Source: Candidatus Latescibacterota bacterium (lineage in GTDB: Bacteria; Latescibacterota; UBA2968; UBA8231). Taken from it: a stretch of 64,000 nucleotides of DNA. The translations under genes and the position numbers were made by a program. The DNA lies in contig OY730476.1 in assembly GCA_963422735.1 (NCBI GenBank), positions 4,512,001 to 4,576,000 of the forward strand. Direction: 5' to 3'. The notes beneath the pieces were generated by a model. The model made no database searches. It saw only the letters and a program-made list of their open reading frames with translations, and was not told the DNA's origin. This document shows, in pieces, positions 62,184 through 64,000 of this stretch (position 1 is its first letter; every line of letters begins with the position of its first letter).

Positions 62184-62771
62184 ATGGACCCGCGCATCTT
62201 TCCCATCCGCCCACCGTCCGCCGCCCTGTACGGCAAAGTGCTGGCCGCGTCTTTTGCCGCGATCACCGCCTTTTTCGCCGTGCTGACCCTCGCGCTCTAC
62301 GCGGCCCTTGACCCGGACGGCCCGGTCGCCCGCCTCGCCGCGCCCGTGGCCTTGGGCACGTCTTACGCGCTGCTGCTGATTATATTTTTTTCGGTCTTTA
62401 CTTGGTTTTATTTTATCGCTCGCCGCACGGATTTCGTCTTGCTAGAGGGGCACCTTCTCATCCGCAACAGCGCTCACGGCAAGCACTTCGTCTATGACGA
62501 GCTAAAGGTGGAGGAGGCCCGCGTCGTCGATTTGCCGGTCGCGCCCCAATATCGGCCCGGAGCCAAAATTTTCGCCATCAGCGCGTTCTTTTTTTACGGA
62601 GGGGCGTTTCATCTGCGCAGCGGGGAGAAGGCGCACGTTTTCTACACGGGTGCGCCGCGCGCCGTGTATATTCCAACGCACGGTCCATATACCCTCTTGC
62701 TCGGCCCGGCCGATCCAGCCGTCTTTTTGCACGCCTTGCAAGAGGCGGCGCATCACCGATCGCTTGTCTAA
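62184..62771 (+). CDS. Membrane protein with bacterial PH-like domain
   Basis: Two TM helices then G.FHLRSGEKA...AVYIPT..YTLLL.P.DP. Confidence 0.55.
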   Translation: MDPRIFPIRPPSAALYGKVLAASFAAITAFFAVLTLALYAALDPDGPVARLAAPVALGTSYALLLIIFFSVFTWFYFIARRTDFVLLEGHLLIRNSAHGKHFVYDELKVEEARVVDLPVAPQYRPGAKIFAISAFFFYGGAFHLRSGEKAHVFYTGAPRAVYIPTHGPYTLLLGPADPAVFLHALQEAAHHRSLV

Positions 62772-62879
62772 GAAGCGTTCTTAAAATTCGCGTCGGATGG
62801 CTGGTAGCAGTGGCCAGTCCCCGCACCGCGCTTATGGGCACTAACCACTAATCACTAACACCTTTTGGAGGAGATTTCC

Positions 62880-63893
62880 ATGGCCTATCACGTATATGTT
62901 TCCAACTCGGGCAGCAACTTTTTGTCGCATTTTCTGATGGACGGAGACACTGGCGCGTTAGAGCCGCAGCCCAATATCGAGCTGGAGGACTCCCCCGGGG
63001 CGGTGACCATGCGCCCAGATGGGACACAGATGTTCTTGGCGCTGCGCTCGGCCAAAAAACTGGCCAGCTATGCGGTCGATCGGGAGAAGGGGACGCTGGT
63101 CAAGCTCGCGGAGACGAGCCTAGAAGAAGGCCCGCCCTATCTGTTTTTGGACAATACTGGCGCCTTTTTGTTGTCGTCGTACTATGGGTCGGGCCAGGTC
63201 GGCGTTCACCGCGTGGCCGCGGACGGCGCGCTCTCGGCCGAGCCGCTGCAAATGCTCTCCACCGCAGTACGCGCCCACAGCATCCAAACCGACCGTGCGA
63301 ACCGCTTTGCCTTTGTGCCGCACACCAATCCGACCAACGCCATCTTTCAGTTTCGCTTTGACGAGCAAACCGGGCGGCTGACGCCCAATGACCCGCCCAC
63401 GGTGCAACCGGCCACCCCCGAAGGCCCGCGCCACTTTGCCTTCCACCCGACCCGAGACCTCCTCTATTCGATCAATGAAAACGGCAGCACAGTGTCGGCC
63501 CACCACTTCGACCCGGAAGCCGGGACCCTGTCGTCGTTTCAGGTCATCTCGACCTTGCCAGAGGGGTTTGATCGCGAGGCCAACACGACAGCTGAAATAA
63601 AAATCGCGCCCGACGGACAGTTCCTCTACGGGTCCAACCGCGGCCACGATTCCTTGGCCCTCTTTGCTATTGGCGACGATGGGGGACTGACGGCCAAAGG
63701 ACATTGGGCCACCGAGGCGACGCCCCGCTTTTTCGAGCTGGATCCGAGCGGCCACTTCGCCTATGCGGCCGGACAGGGATCGGGGCGGCTGGCCTCGTAC
63801 CGCATCGACGAGGCTACTGGTGAGCTGACTCCCTTAGAGCAACACGCGGTCGGCAACAGCCCGCTGTGGATTACCTTCGTCAAACAGGCCTAG
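62880..63893 (+). CDS. pgl: 6-phosphogluconolactonase-like beta-propeller
   Basis: AHSI, GPRHFAFHP, YGSNRGHDS, TPRFF; RBS ggagga. Confidence 0.85.
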   Translation: MAYHVYVSNSGSNFLSHFLMDGDTGALEPQPNIELEDSPGAVTMRPDGTQMFLALRSAKKLASYAVDREKGTLVKLAETSLEEGPPYLFLDNTGAFLLSSYYGSGQVGVHRVAADGALSAEPLQMLSTAVRAHSIQTDRANRFAFVPHTNPTNAIFQFRFDEQTGRLTPNDPPTVQPATPEGPRHFAFHPTRDLLYSINENGSTVSAHHFDPEAGTLSSFQVISTLPEGFDREANTTAEIKIAPDGQFLYGSNRGHDSLALFAIGDDGGLTAKGHWATEATPRFFELDPSGHFAYAAGQGSGRLASYRIDEATGELTPLEQHAVGNSPLWITFVKQA

Positions 63894-64000
63894 TAGGGGC
63901 GGGGTTTTCGCGCGTCTTTCCGGGCCTGCCGAGTGAAGTACACGTTCCCACTTCACCCATCGAGTTCGCTTTCGCAGTCTTTAGGGCCCGACTCCATTCC

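Noticed and set aside
62841-62862. ctaacca/ctaatca/ctaaca short tandem repeat before pgl
   Set aside because: Three degenerate 7-mers, too short to assign a function.

Overview
GC-rich bacterial chromosomal segment. The gene mix (sulfatase, phytanoyl-CoA dioxygenase, enolase-superfamily and Zn-dehydrogenase catabolic genes, a eukaryote-like LRR scrap, many TA remnants) resembles marine or sponge-associated Latescibacterota/Poribacteria-type genomes; this is inference only. Intact core and metabolic genes: sucA-sucB-lpdA, purL, glnD, amtB, msrB, eda, pgl, ilvD-like, an MrfA-like helicase fused to an exonuclease, flotillin-NfeD, sigma54-driven Hsp20 and a porin-imelysin-diheme iron-uptake locus. 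These alternate with short scars of decayed accessory DNA: a JAB-domain gene, an AAA gene, a type II R-M pair, mazF, vapBC, HEPN and an LRR. Most notable: (1) a HEPN gene broken by a perfect 37-bp duplication flanking a 42-bp foreign insert, the geometry of an off-target CRISPR spacer integration; (2) a complete partner-switching cascade (REC-PP2C, RsbW, orphan periplasmic binding protein, TorS-like kinase) whose STAS anti-anti-sigma gene sits directly behind amtB, with no glnK beside it; (3) a VasI/TagO-like domain fused to a TonB C-terminal domain; (4) apparent depletion of CCWGG with excess CCAAG/CTTGG and no CTAG avoidance. No rRNA, tRNA, cas gene or multi-repeat CRISPR array was seen. All family calls come from motif recognition by eye, not from database searches.
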